Shown: positions 1-7,888 of the stretch, in pieces
How the letters are laid out: the number at the start of each line of letters is the position of its first letter
How positions within the stretch are numbered: position 1 is the stretch's first letter
Assembly (NCBI GenBank): GCA_045645285.1
Contig: JAZRIL010000006.1
Location: forward strand, 1,185 to 65,184
DNA from: Elusimicrobiaceae bacterium
GTDB taxonomy: Bacteria; Elusimicrobiota; Elusimicrobia; Elusimicrobiales; Elusimicrobiaceae
Direction: 5' to 3'
Length of the DNA stretch: 64,000 nucleotides
Made by a program: the position numbers and the translations under genes
Notes under the pieces: model-generated
Databases searched by the model: none
What the model was told of the DNA's origin: nothing
The model's input: only the letters and a program-made list of their open reading frames with translations

Positions 1-1111
1 AATTCACATCAAAGAATGCGTTGAATTTACCCTTGAGTTTGGCCCGTACATAGTTGGCGTTCAAAATGGCTTTTTCGGCGATATCTTTAAGCGTAGACGC
101 GTCAAATTGCCGCAAGTAACAATACCCGCGCAACACGACCGCGATATTGCCGTAAAACGCTTTCATTTTACCTAAACTTTGTGGCATTTCGCCTTTAAGC
201 GTATACACGTTGCCTTTCTTTTCTACGATCGGTTTGGGCAAAAACGGCGCGACGTGCGCGGCCGCCCCCACAGGCCCGCTGCCCGGGCCGCCGCCACCGT
301 GCGGCGCGGCAAATGTTTTATGTAAATTCAGGTGCATCACATCTACGCCAAAATCCGCCGGCTTGGCCAGCCCAATAAGCGCGTTAAAATTCGCACCGTC
401 CATGTAGAGTAGCGCGCCCGCTTTGTGTACCATTTCCGCAATTTCGCGGATATCTTTTTCAAAAAGTCCCACCGTGTTAGGTACGGTCAGCATGACAGCG
501 GCGGTTTTATCAGAGAGTGCGGCTTGCAAGGCGGCTTTATCCACGCACCCGTCGGCAGCTGACTTAATATTCACCACCGTATATCCGGCCATATTGGCCG
601 TGGCGGGATTGGTGCCGTGGGCGGTATCGGGCACGATGACTTCCGTGCGTGACGTATTTTTATGCGCATCGTGGTACGCCCGCACCGTCAAAATCCCGGT
701 CAGTTCGCCGTGCGCACCCGCCGCGGGTTGCAAGGTAAACACAGATAAACCCGTGATTTCTTTTAATAATTCTTGCAATTCATACATCACTTGGAGCGTC
801 CCTTGTACGGCACTTTCCGGCGCAAACGGATGGGCGTTGGCAAACGGTTCTAAGACGGATAACACATCATACGCCTTGGGATTATACTTCATCGTACAAG
901 AGCCGAGCGGATAAAACTGCCCGTCTAACGAATAGTTTTGTTGCGACAACCGCGTAAAGTGGCGCACCGTATCAAACTCGCTCATCTCAGGCAGTTTCGG
1001 CGCGGACGTGCGCAGCAAATTTTGCGGCAAATAGTCGTGCTTTTGCGCTTGTTCAAACCGCACGCCGCGCCGACCGGATTGTGATTTTTCAATAGAGAGT
1101 AAATTTTCCAT
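1..1111 (-). CDS. gcvPB: glycine dehydrogenase (decarboxylating) subunit 2, C-terminal part cut by window edge
   Basis: Not in ORF track because it runs off the window. My translation from ATG at 1111..1109 gives MENLLSIEKSQSGRRGVRFEQAQKHDYLPQNLLRTSAPKLPEMSEFDTVRHFTRLSQQNYSLDGQFYPLGSCTMKYNPK, a typical GcvPB N-terminus. It lies 1 nt downstream of the gcvPA stop. Confidence 0.85.
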   Translation of the reverse strand, partial: MENLLSIEKSQSGRRGVRFEQAQKHDYLPQNLLRTSAPKLPEMSEFDTVRHFTRLSQQNYSLDGQFYPLGSCTMKYNPKAYDVLSVLEPFANAHPFAPESAVQGTLQVMYELQELLKEITGLSVFTLQPAAGAHGELTGILTVRAYHDAHKNTSRTEVIVPDTAHGTNPATANMAGYTVVNIKSAADGCVDKAALQAALSDKTAAVMLTVPNTVGLFEKDIREIAEMVHKAGALLYMDGANFNALIGLAKPADFGVDVMHLNLHKTFAAPHGGGGPGSGPVGAAAHVAPFLPKPIVEKKGNVYTLKGEMPQSLGKMKAFYGNIAVVLRGYCYLRQFDASTLKDIAEKAILNANYVRAKLKGKFNAFFDVN

Positions 1112-1112
1112 A

Positions 1113-2438
1113 TTAAATTTCCTCCAGGGCACTCACGTATACGGAAATATCTTGCGGCGTGTTAAGTTCGGTGGCACAAACGAGCAAGGCATTTTTCATC
1201 TGCCCGCATGTTTGGCCCAAATCATACCCGGCCCCGATGCCTTTGGCGGCTAACTTTTCAATGACTTCGGTGGCGGGTATCGGGCAAGTTACTACAAACT
1301 CGTTAAAAAACGGCGCGGCCGATAACACTTTAAAACCTTTCACTTTGTTTATTTTCTCGGCTAACTGATGGGCACGTTCTACGTTGAGTTCGGCTACTTC
1401 CTTGAGTCCTTGCGGCCCGAGTAATGTTAAATAAATGACCGCGTTTAACGCACAAATCGCTTCGTTAGAACAAATGTTAGAGGCGGCTTTTTCCCGTCTA
1501 ATATGCTGTTCGCGCGCTTGCAAGGTAAGCACAAAAGCGCGGCGTCCGTTTTTGTCTTTAGCAATTCCCACCATGCGCCCGGGCAGTTGGCGCATATATG
1601 CTTTTTTAGCCGTCATAATACCCAGCCCCGGCCCACCAAAACTGATAGGATTGCCGAGCGGTTGCCCTTCGGCGACGGCAAAATCGGCATCATACGAGCC
1701 GGGCGTTTGGAGTAACCCCAGCGACAACGGATTGACTTGCGCCACGAGCAAAGCACCTTTTTCATGCGTAATTTTGGAAATTTCGCCCGCTTGTTCCACA
1801 TATCCTAAAAAGTTCGGTGTGGAAATGACCACGCACGCAGTTTTGTCAGACACGTGATTTTTAAGTGCTTGCACATCCAGCGTACCGTCCGACGTGGGCT
1901 TGGCTTCTGTCAAACGGATAGCACTGTGGCGCGTGTATGTTTTTAAAACTTCTTTGTAATGCGGGTGAAGTAAGGAAGAAATAATTACTTCTTCACGTCC
2001 GGTGACGCGGTGCGCGGCTAAAACGGCCTCGGCCAGCGCAGTGGCCCCGTCATAGTGCGAGGCGGTAGCCACGTCCATATCCAAAAGCGCGCAAATGCAA
2101 CTCTGGAACTCATAAATTGTTTGCAAGGTGCCTTGGCTGGCCTCGGCCTGATAAGGCGTATAGGCGGTTAAAAATTCCCCGCGGCCCGACAACGCCGGTA
2201 CCGCCGCCGGGATAAAGTGTTTATACATCCCAACGCCGATGAAATTTTTAAGCGGTTTATTTTCAGCGGCCAGCGTGTGCAAATGCGCAGTAAGTTGTTG
2301 TTCCGTCAGTGCGGAGGGTAAGTGATAGTTGGGATACAGCAAATCCGCCGGAATTTTATTTAACAGTTCTTTCACAGATGAAACGCCAACCTCTGCCAGC
2401 ATTTCCCGTTCGTCTTGTTTGGTATGTGGAGTAAACAT
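1113..2438 (-). CDS. gcvPA: glycine dehydrogenase (decarboxylating) subunit 1
   Basis: 441-aa ORF located between gcvH and gcvPB. Length and sequence are typical of the P-protein alpha subunit. Confidence 0.9.
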   Translation of the reverse strand: MFTPHTKQDEREMLAEVGVSSVKELLNKIPADLLYPNYHLPSALTEQQLTAHLHTLAAENKPLKNFIGVGMYKHFIPAAVPALSGRGEFLTAYTPYQAEASQGTLQTIYEFQSCICALLDMDVATASHYDGATALAEAVLAAHRVTGREEVIISSLLHPHYKEVLKTYTRHSAIRLTEAKPTSDGTLDVQALKNHVSDKTACVVISTPNFLGYVEQAGEISKITHEKGALLVAQVNPLSLGLLQTPGSYDADFAVAEGQPLGNPISFGGPGLGIMTAKKAYMRQLPGRMVGIAKDKNGRRAFVLTLQAREQHIRREKAASNICSNEAICALNAVIYLTLLGPQGLKEVAELNVERAHQLAEKINKVKGFKVLSAAPFFNEFVVTCPIPATEVIEKLAAKGIGAGYDLGQTCGQMKNALLVCATELNTPQDISVYVSALEEI

Positions 2439-2446
2439 AAGTTAAA

Positions 2447-2467
2447 ATCCCCCGGCGTGCGGGGGAT
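2447..2467. repeat. intercistronic hairpin ATCCCCCG-gcgtg-CGGGGGAT between gcvH and gcvPA; possible variant of the family-1 hairpin
   Basis: 8-bp perfect stem read directly. ATCCC...GGGAT(A) ends resemble the REP-like cores elsewhere in the window. Confidence 0.45.
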
Positions 2468-2472
2468 ACAAT

Positions 2473-2853
2473 TTATTTTTGAATCGTGGCTTTATAGGCC
2501 GCCAAATCTAAGAGCGTATCATATTCGGCGGGATTAGACATTTTGATTTTGAACAGCCAACCGCCCGCGTGCGGCTCGCGGTTGACAAGGGCCGGGTCAC
2601 CGTTTAAGGCGTCGTTGACGGCTACAATTTCGCCGCTGACAGGAGCGTAAATTTCAGAGGCGGATTTTACCGATTCCACCACACAGCAATTTTCTCCCGC
2701 TTTTACGACGCGGCCGATTTTGGGTAAATCCACAAAAACGATATCGCTGATTTCTTCTTGGGCATGGTTGGAAATACCGACGACGGCATTTTCGCCTTCT
2801 TTATAGGCCCATTCGTGCGTTTTCAAAAAACGGCAATTTTCTTCGTTGTACAT
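2473..2853 (-). CDS. gcvH: glycine cleavage system H protein
   Basis: 126 aa with lipoyl-lysine context VESVKSASEIYAP; sits in the gcv operon. Confidence 0.93.
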   Translation of the reverse strand: MYNEENCRFLKTHEWAYKEGENAVVGISNHAQEEISDIVFVDLPKIGRVVKAGENCCVVESVKSASEIYAPVSGEIVAVNDALNGDPALVNREPHAGGWLFKIKMSNPAEYDTLLDLAAYKATIQK

Positions 2854-2862
2854 AGTTTCTCC

Positions 2863-3945
2863 TTACACTCTATTTTTATAAAACGGCGGTTTGACTACTT
2901 GCGCGGGTACGCGGCGGGCGTGGATTTCAATTTCCACGTCTGCTCCGGCGGGAACTGAACTGTCCAAATACCCTACGGCAATTCCTTTAAATAACGGGGA
3001 AAACGTGCCGCTTGTTAAATAACCCACTTCTTTCCCTTCGTAAAAAACTCTGCAGCCGCTACGCGGAACACCTGCCGTTTTTAATACAAAACCAACTAAA
3101 CGGCTTGGAAATCCGGCGGATTTTTTGGCAACGAGTGCGGCTTTGCCGATAAAATTTTCTTTGGCAAGTTTAACCACCCAACCGCAGTTGGCCTCGTACG
3201 GCGTTTTGGTCGGGTTGGCGTCCTCGCCGTTGAGCAAATACCCGGCTTCTAAACGTAACACGTCGCGCGCGCCGAGCCCGCACGGTTTTACGCCCAACTG
3301 CAATAGCGTATCCCACAATTGACCGATTTGCGCGTTGGGGAGCATAATTTCCACGCCGTCCTCGCCGGTGTATCCGGTACGGGTCACGTAGCCGTCCGCC
3401 CCGAACATCGTTAGCGGCGAAATGTGAAAACGCGGCAAATCTTTCACGCCGGGCAAGAGTTGGTTGACAATTTCCACGGCCTTCGGGCCCTGCACAGCCA
3501 ACATGCTCCATGTATTGCTTTCGTTGCGTACGGTAACATCAAAAGCGGCGGCGTATTTGTTAAGCCAATTAAAATCCGTTTCCACACACGCGGCGTTGAC
3601 GACGACTAAAAATTGGGTTTGCGACAGACAAAAGGCAATTGCGTCATCAATAATCGTGCCCTCATCCGTTAAAATGTGGAAATACGTACCTTCGGCCGGA
3701 CCGTTTTTAATGTTATTGCAACCGATAAATTGCAAAAACTCCCACGCTTTCGGGCCCTCCACAAACAGTTGGCCCATGTGCGACACGTCAAACATACCCG
3801 CGCTTTCGCGCACGGCTTTGTGTTCGGCTAAAATGCCGTCGTATTGCACGGGAAGTAACCACCCGTGGAAATCCACCATTTTACCGCCGGCTTTTTCACA
3901 TGCGCAGCGCAAAGCAGTTGTTTTGAGAGTACATGTTTCGGTCAC
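2863..3945 (-). CDS. gcvT: aminomethyltransferase (glycine cleavage T protein)
   Basis: 360 aa containing GGKMVDFHGWLLPVQY and MFDVSHMG motifs. GTG start with AGGAGA 6 nt upstream. Confidence 0.92.
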   Translation of the reverse strand: MTETCTLKTTALRCACEKAGGKMVDFHGWLLPVQYDGILAEHKAVRESAGMFDVSHMGQLFVEGPKAWEFLQFIGCNNIKNGPAEGTYFHILTDEGTIIDDAIAFCLSQTQFLVVVNAACVETDFNWLNKYAAAFDVTVRNESNTWSMLAVQGPKAVEIVNQLLPGVKDLPRFHISPLTMFGADGYVTRTGYTGEDGVEIMLPNAQIGQLWDTLLQLGVKPCGLGARDVLRLEAGYLLNGEDANPTKTPYEANCGWVVKLAKENFIGKAALVAKKSAGFPSRLVGFVLKTAGVPRSGCRVFYEGKEVGYLTSGTFSPLFKGIAVGYLDSSVPAGADVEIEIHARRVPAQVVKPPFYKNRV

Positions 3946-3964
3946 AAAAATCTCCTATACGGTT

Positions 3965-3973
3965 ATTATATCA
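3965..3973 (-). promoter_or_regulatory. extended -10 (TGaTATAAT) for the gcv operon
   Basis: Minus-strand reading is TTGATATAATaaccgtatAGGAGAtttttGTG. The implied 5' UTR is only about 20 nt. Confidence 0.5.
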
Positions 3974-4035
3974 AACAAAGAATGTTTTTGCCCCGGCGAT
4001 AACCCTTCTATTTTCTTCGGGTTACAAAATTTTAC

Positions 4036-4063
4036 TTGACAAATCAAAAAAAAAAACGATAAT
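4036..4063 (+). promoter_or_regulatory. pilin promoter cassette copy 1: TTGACA, 16-nt spacer containing A11, GATAAT
   Basis: TTGACA at 4036..4041, A11 at 4046..4056, GATAAT at 4058..4063. The block is nearly identical to 7827.., 36738.. and 60827... Confidence 0.7.
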
Positions 4064-4097
4064 AGAGTGTCGGACAAAAAAGACAAAGGAGAATTTT

Positions 4098-4778
4098 ATG
4101 GAAAGCAATAAATATAAAAAAATGTCATTCCCGAAATTCGTTGTCGGGAATCTTCCTCTTGTTAACTCGTTAATAAAAGAGGAAAAACAACTTTATTGTA
4201 TGCAAAAAGTGGAAGATCCCCGACAGAAACCCTCGGGGATGACATCTAATTTAATGGGCTTTACGTTAATAGAATTATTAGTTGTCGTTCTTATTATCGG
4301 TATTTTAGCGGCGGTGGCGTTGCCGCAATATACTTTGGCCGTCAACAAATCGCGGTTTGCCAATTTAAAAACTGCCGCACAATCCTTTGCTACGGCCGCG
4401 CAAGTGTATTATTTGGCTAACGGCACCTGGCCCGGTAATTTTGATGAATTGGCCATAGACGCCACCGCCGGATTTACCAAAACCAACAATCCCTATGGCG
4501 GCGGAGTCAATACAGGAACTTGTGCCGGTAATAATGAAATATATTGTTGCATTCTTCCGTCAGTAGAAGGGCAGTCTGCCAGCGTTATATGCGGACGCCA
4601 AGATTATTCTTTCGCCGCGATGCGTTTTTTAACGGACGAGCTAGATGATTGTATAGCAAAAACAACCGATACAAAAGCCGTCGCCCTCTGTAACGCGTTA
4701 GGCTCTTTTTACAGAACAGCCAATATGCCCACCCCGGAAGGCCACAAAAGCGGCTACAGTTATTACCGGTTGCCATAA
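4098..4778 (+). CDS. type IV pilin-like protein (prepilin-type N-terminal cleavage/methylation domain) with a 54-aa leader
   Basis: AAGGAG sits 7 nt upstream of ATG 4098. Motif G|[24 protein letters not shown] is present. The ORF-track start at 3933 runs through the promoter and was rejected. Confidence 0.8.
   Translation: MESNKYKKMSFPKFVVGNLPLVNSLIKEEKQLYCMQKVEDPRQKPSGMTSNLMGFTLIELLVVVLIIGILAAVALPQYTLAVNKSRFANLKTAAQSFATAAQVYYLANGTWPGNFDELAIDATAGFTKTNNPYGGGVNTGTCAGNNEIYCCILPSVEGQSASVICGRQDYSFAAMRFLTDELDDCIAKTTDTKAVALCNALGSFYRTANMPTPEGHKSGYSYYRLP
4124..4243 (+). mobile_element. 120-bp MITE-like palindromic element (two inverted family-1 hairpin units) in frame in the pilin leader
   Basis: Termini are GTCATTCCCGA...TCGGGGATGAC. 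Hairpins are ATTCCCGA/TCGGGAAT, CCTCTT/AAGAGG and ATCCCCGA/TCGGGGAT. A homologous copy lies at 36922..37053. Confidence 0.7.
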
Positions 4779-4810
4779 TTTTTGCCATACCCCTTACGCA
4801 AGCCCGCGGT

Positions 4811-4937
4811 AATTTCAAACTAATTTGGCGCGGGTCTAGGCACGCGCCGACGTAGCGTACATACGCAAACGGGGCGTAGCCCCGCGGGTACGTAAGGAGG
4901 CGCGTAACAACGAGCCGCACCAAATTAGGAAGAAATT
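4811..4937. repeat. family-2 nested palindromic element A (127 bp)
   Basis: TIRs are AATTTCAAACTAATTTGGCGCGG and CCGCACCAAATTAGGAAGAAATT. Internal TCTAGGCAC and TAACAAC boxes and GC-rich inner hairpins are present. An extra outer stem CTTACGC/GCGTAAG lies at 4793..4799 and 4945..4951. Confidence 0.65.
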
Positions 4938-4956
4938 ACAATGAGCGTAAGTTTAG

Positions 4957-4962
4957 TATAAT
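4957..4962 (+). promoter_or_regulatory. -10 box TATAAT 6 nt upstream of ATG (leaderless-type arrangement)
   Basis: Sequence reads TATAATgatgatATG with no Shine-Dalgarno. Confidence 0.45.
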
Positions 4963-4968
4963 GATGAT

Positions 4969-5661
4969 ATGGCAGATACACAAAGCGTCGTCAGCGACGT
5001 AAAACTGTTTTTAGAACGGCTCAAAAAAGAAATGCCGGAAATCTTCGGCACGCAAGAAAAATCCACTCAAACGGATGACGCCTCGGTCGCCCCGGTTGCC
5101 GCTAACAAAGTGCTCTACAACGGCGACTTATTGGAAGCGCGCACGTACATAACGCCCGACCAGGAAGAGGGCGTATCGTTTGACGGTAAAATTTTCCACG
5201 TGTATTTGCAAAGCGAACAAAGCAGCCCTTCTGCGCTGGTTACCCAATGGCTTAGAGACAAAGCCGCCGAAATTCTGCCGCAAAAAACAAAAGACTGGGC
5301 GGAAAAAATCGGCGTGGAATATAACCGCGTGGTATTAAAAGACCAACGCACGTTGTGGGCCAGTTGCTCGTCACAAAAAAATATCAATTATTCCTACCGC
5401 ATTGTCAAAATGCCGCCCGTGGTGCAAGATTATTTAGTCATCCACGAACTGTGCCACTTAAAATTTATGAATCACGGCGAGGAGTACTGGTCACTCGTCG
5501 GGCAGTTCAGCCCGGACTATAAACTCCACCGCCGCTGGCTCAACGAACACAAGGACGCCGTATTTGAAGACGTGCACATCACGCTGACAAAAGACGAGCC
5601 GGAAAAAGAAATGCAAGAAACGGCGGACGCTTCCAATCCAATAGATACACCGCAAAACTAA
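4969..5661 (+). CDS. YgjP/DUF45-family (M48-like) zinc metallohydrolase
   Basis: 230 aa with HELCHLKFMNHGEEYW (an HExxH motif in the context typical of DUF45). Confidence 0.7.
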   Translation: MADTQSVVSDVKLFLERLKKEMPEIFGTQEKSTQTDDASVAPVAANKVLYNGDLLEARTYITPDQEEGVSFDGKIFHVYLQSEQSSPSALVTQWLRDKAAEILPQKTKDWAEKIGVEYNRVVLKDQRTLWASCSSQKNINYSYRIVKMPPVVQDYLVIHELCHLKFMNHGEEYWSLVGQFSPDYKLHRRWLNEHKDAVFEDVHITLTKDEPEKEMQETADASNPIDTPQN

Positions 5662-5670
5662 AACTAAAAT

Positions 5671-5702
5671 AAAACCGCCGGGCACAAAGCCCGGCGGTTT
5701 TT
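5671..5702. terminator. bidirectional rho-independent terminator
   Basis: AAAACCGCCGGGCacaaaGCCCGGCGGTTTTT lies between convergent genes. A second hairpin lies at 5710..5731. Confidence 0.8.
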
Positions 5703-5757
5703 ATAGGAGCCCGCTGCGGCTAAACAGCGGGTGTAACTCAAATTTTTACCGATAACC

Positions 5758-6492
5758 TCAGCGGATAATCGCAAACGCACTTTCGGATACACCACCCAAA
5801 AGCCCGCCGTACGTCCGCACGCGCGTTTTTACCAACGCCACCAGTTTTCCGTCGTAAAATAACGGCTCGCCCAGTTGCAAACGCGGCTCGCTGTATACAA
5901 GGCCGGGACGGCATCGGCGGTGTTGCACCACCCCGCGTGCACGGAAAAACTGTTTAAGGTGTTGTGTCATCGCGTCCCCAAACGCCTCTTGCAATGATTT
6001 CCCCGACGTTACCGGCTTGACCGTCACGTAAGATAATCCTTTTGTTTGCGCCGTATCTACGCGCAACCACGCCACGTCCTCTTTCACGGACACCTCGGAA
6101 GGCGCCACGGAGATTTCTTTCCCATTGGCAAATTGCAAACTAATTTTATCCAACGTATAACCACCTTTCACGGTGCACACTTCCGGCAAGACCACGCGGG
6201 TCCCTTGCGAAACCAACACTCCTAAACATTCGGTTTGTACACGCGATACGGCAATGACTTGATTGGGATTGGCCGGCCGGCGCGGCGAGCGCAACATGCG
6301 GTCTTTCAGCGCAACTTGCTTTTTAAACTGCACCTTGATCGTAACCATATACCGCTCAGCCATTACCTGTGCCGCCATGACGGCGCGTGCCACTTTGCTT
6401 TCCAAAGAAGACGGGGCAGCCCAGGCAACTTGGGCAAGTCCGGCCCCCAGCATCGCCCCCACTACATATATACTAATTTTTGTTCTTATCAT
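5758..6492 (-). CDS. secreted hypothetical protein, possibly a degenerate trypsin-fold domain
   Basis: Signal peptide MIRTKISIYVVGAMLGAGLAQVAWA and SD AAGGAAAG. Segments EDVAWLRVD and LGEPLFYDGKLVALV resemble the Asp and Ser-loop regions of S1 proteases, but the His and Ser are absent. Confidence 0.6.
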   Translation of the reverse strand: MIRTKISIYVVGAMLGAGLAQVAWAAPSSLESKVARAVMAAQVMAERYMVTIKVQFKKQVALKDRMLRSPRRPANPNQVIAVSRVQTECLGVLVSQGTRVVLPEVCTVKGGYTLDKISLQFANGKEISVAPSEVSVKEDVAWLRVDTAQTKGLSYVTVKPVTSGKSLQEAFGDAMTQHLKQFFRARGVVQHRRCRPGLVYSEPRLQLGEPLFYDGKLVALVKTRVRTYGGLLGGVSESAFAIIR

Positions 6493-6647
6493 ATTCTTTC
6501 CTTTTTTATTGGGATAGATATATTATACAAAAGTTAGTTGAAACTAATAAGTATTTTTTAAAAAATATATTTATCGTCATAAATAAACATTTATTTTTGA
6601 TAAATATATTATTTAAAAAGTTAGGAAAGACTTATTTATAGGGATCT

Positions 6648-7172
6648 CTAATACACCCACATTCCCGCGCACGCACTTAGCAGCAGCACCAAAATCGGCC
6701 CGGCTTTGCGCGTCCACACGAGAATAAAAGCCACCAGAAAGAAAAGTATACTTTTGTAATCCACAAAATTTTCGCTATTGCACAGCACCAGCGCGGCGGC
6801 GGCAATTAAGCCCACCACCGCCGGACGAATGCCCGCCAGTACCCCTTGCAGGCGCGGGGAAGATTGGTGTTTGCGTAAGAATTTACCCAACGCAATTAGT
6901 AAAATAAGCGACGGCAAACACAACGCCACCGTGGCCACCGCCGCGCCCCACCCGTTGCCGCAGGCGGTATACCCCACATACGTCGCCATATTGATACCGA
7001 TGGGACCGGGGGTTACTTGGCTGACGGCCACGATGTCGGTAAATTGCGCCGTTGTCAGCCACGCGTGTTTGAAAACAATTTCATTTTGTAAAAATGAAAT
7101 CATCGCATAGCCGCCCCCGAAATTAAAAAGGCCGATTTTAAAAAACGTGATGAATAGTTGCAAATAAATCAT
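6648..7172 (-). CDS. chrA: chromate transporter (CHR family, short-chain), second half-size subunit
   Basis: Start MIYLQLFITFFKIGLFNFGGGYAM chosen. ATGA overlap with the upstream chrA stop at 7169..7172. Confidence 0.8.
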   Translation of the reverse strand: MIYLQLFITFFKIGLFNFGGGYAMISFLQNEIVFKHAWLTTAQFTDIVAVSQVTPGPIGINMATYVGYTACGNGWGAAVATVALCLPSLILLIALGKFLRKHQSSPRLQGVLAGIRPAVVGLIAAAALVLCNSENFVDYKSILFFLVAFILVWTRKAGPILVLLLSACAGMWVY

Positions 7173-7702
7173 TTGGCCTCCCGTCGTAAGGCATACCAAT
7201 ATCCGCCAATACCCGCGGCTAAAACAATATACACGGGCGACACCTTGACTAACCACACCAGAAGGGCTACGGTTATAGGTATCCACACCGTCTTCCAATG
7301 GATATGCGCCGCACGGGCTAAACGGAAAACCGGTACGGCAATCAGTGCCACTACCGCCGGGCGGACGCCTTTAAAAATCCGGATGACAAGGGGATTATGT
7401 TGATACGCGCGAAAGAAAAGAGCAATTAGCAAAATGATGACAAAGGACGGAAGTGCCGCCCCCGCCGCCGCGCAAATACTGCCGCGCGTACGGGCTAAAC
7501 GATACCCGGTCAAAATCGCTACGTTGGCCGCCATAATGCCCGGTGCGGCTTGCGCCAGGGCAATAATATCCAAAAAATCGGCACGCGTAAGCCACTTGTG
7601 TTTATCCACCAACTCTTGTTCCATCAGCGGCAACATAGCATATCCGCCGCCCAGCGTAAAGAGTCCGATTTTGGCAAATACGTAAAATAAAGAAAATAAC
7701 AT
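7169..7702 (-). CDS. chrA: chromate transporter (CHR family, short-chain), first half-size subunit
   Basis: 177 aa containing KIGLFTLGGGYAMLPLMEQELVDKHKWL and QAAPGIMAANVA. Confidence 0.8.
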   Translation of the reverse strand: MLFSLFYVFAKIGLFTLGGGYAMLPLMEQELVDKHKWLTRADFLDIIALAQAAPGIMAANVAILTGYRLARTRGSICAAAGAALPSFVIILLIALFFRAYQHNPLVIRIFKGVRPAVVALIAVPVFRLARAAHIHWKTVWIPITVALLVWLVKVSPVYIVLAAGIGGYWYALRREAK

Positions 7703-7708
7703 ATCTCT

Positions 7709-7714
7709 ATTTTA
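7709..7714 (-). promoter_or_regulatory. -10 box TAAAAT 6 nt upstream of the chrA ATG (leaderless-type)
   Basis: Minus-strand reading is TAAAATagagatATG. Confidence 0.4.
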
Positions 7715-7826
7715 CTATTTCATTACCTCACTTTTAATAACTCACTTTCGGTTAGTTTTTCAGCCCACAAACACAGATGCTTTGTTAGAGCCGTTTAGAC
7801 TCTTGCGTCGGGCTGAAAAGATTTCC

Positions 7827-7854
7827 TTGACAAATCAAAAAAAAAAACGATAAT
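7827..7854 (+). promoter_or_regulatory. pilin promoter cassette copy 2 (TTGACA, A11 spacer, GATAAT)
   Basis: Differs from copy 1 at only 2-3 positions across about 68 nt, including the SD and the first codons ATGGAAAG. Confidence 0.7.
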
Positions 7855-7888
7855 AGAGTGTCAGAGAAAAAAGACAAAGGAGAATTTT

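Noticed and set aside
210-914. Plus-strand ORFs of 65 and 163 aa at the window start.
   Set aside because: They lie antisense to a clearly recognisable gcvPB reading frame on the minus strand. Their composition is low-complexity and Ala/Pro-rich, typical of antisense frames.
3946-4035. Expected a glycine riboswitch upstream of gcvT.
   Set aside because: An extended -10 box sits only about 20 nt upstream of the GTG start. There is no room for, and no sign of, the tandem glycine aptamer.
3933-4097. N-terminal extension of the pilin 1 ORF given by the ORF track (start at 3933).
   Set aside because: The extension overlaps the gcvT start and runs through the conserved promoter cassette. A strong SD plus ATG at 4098 is conserved in the paralogs.
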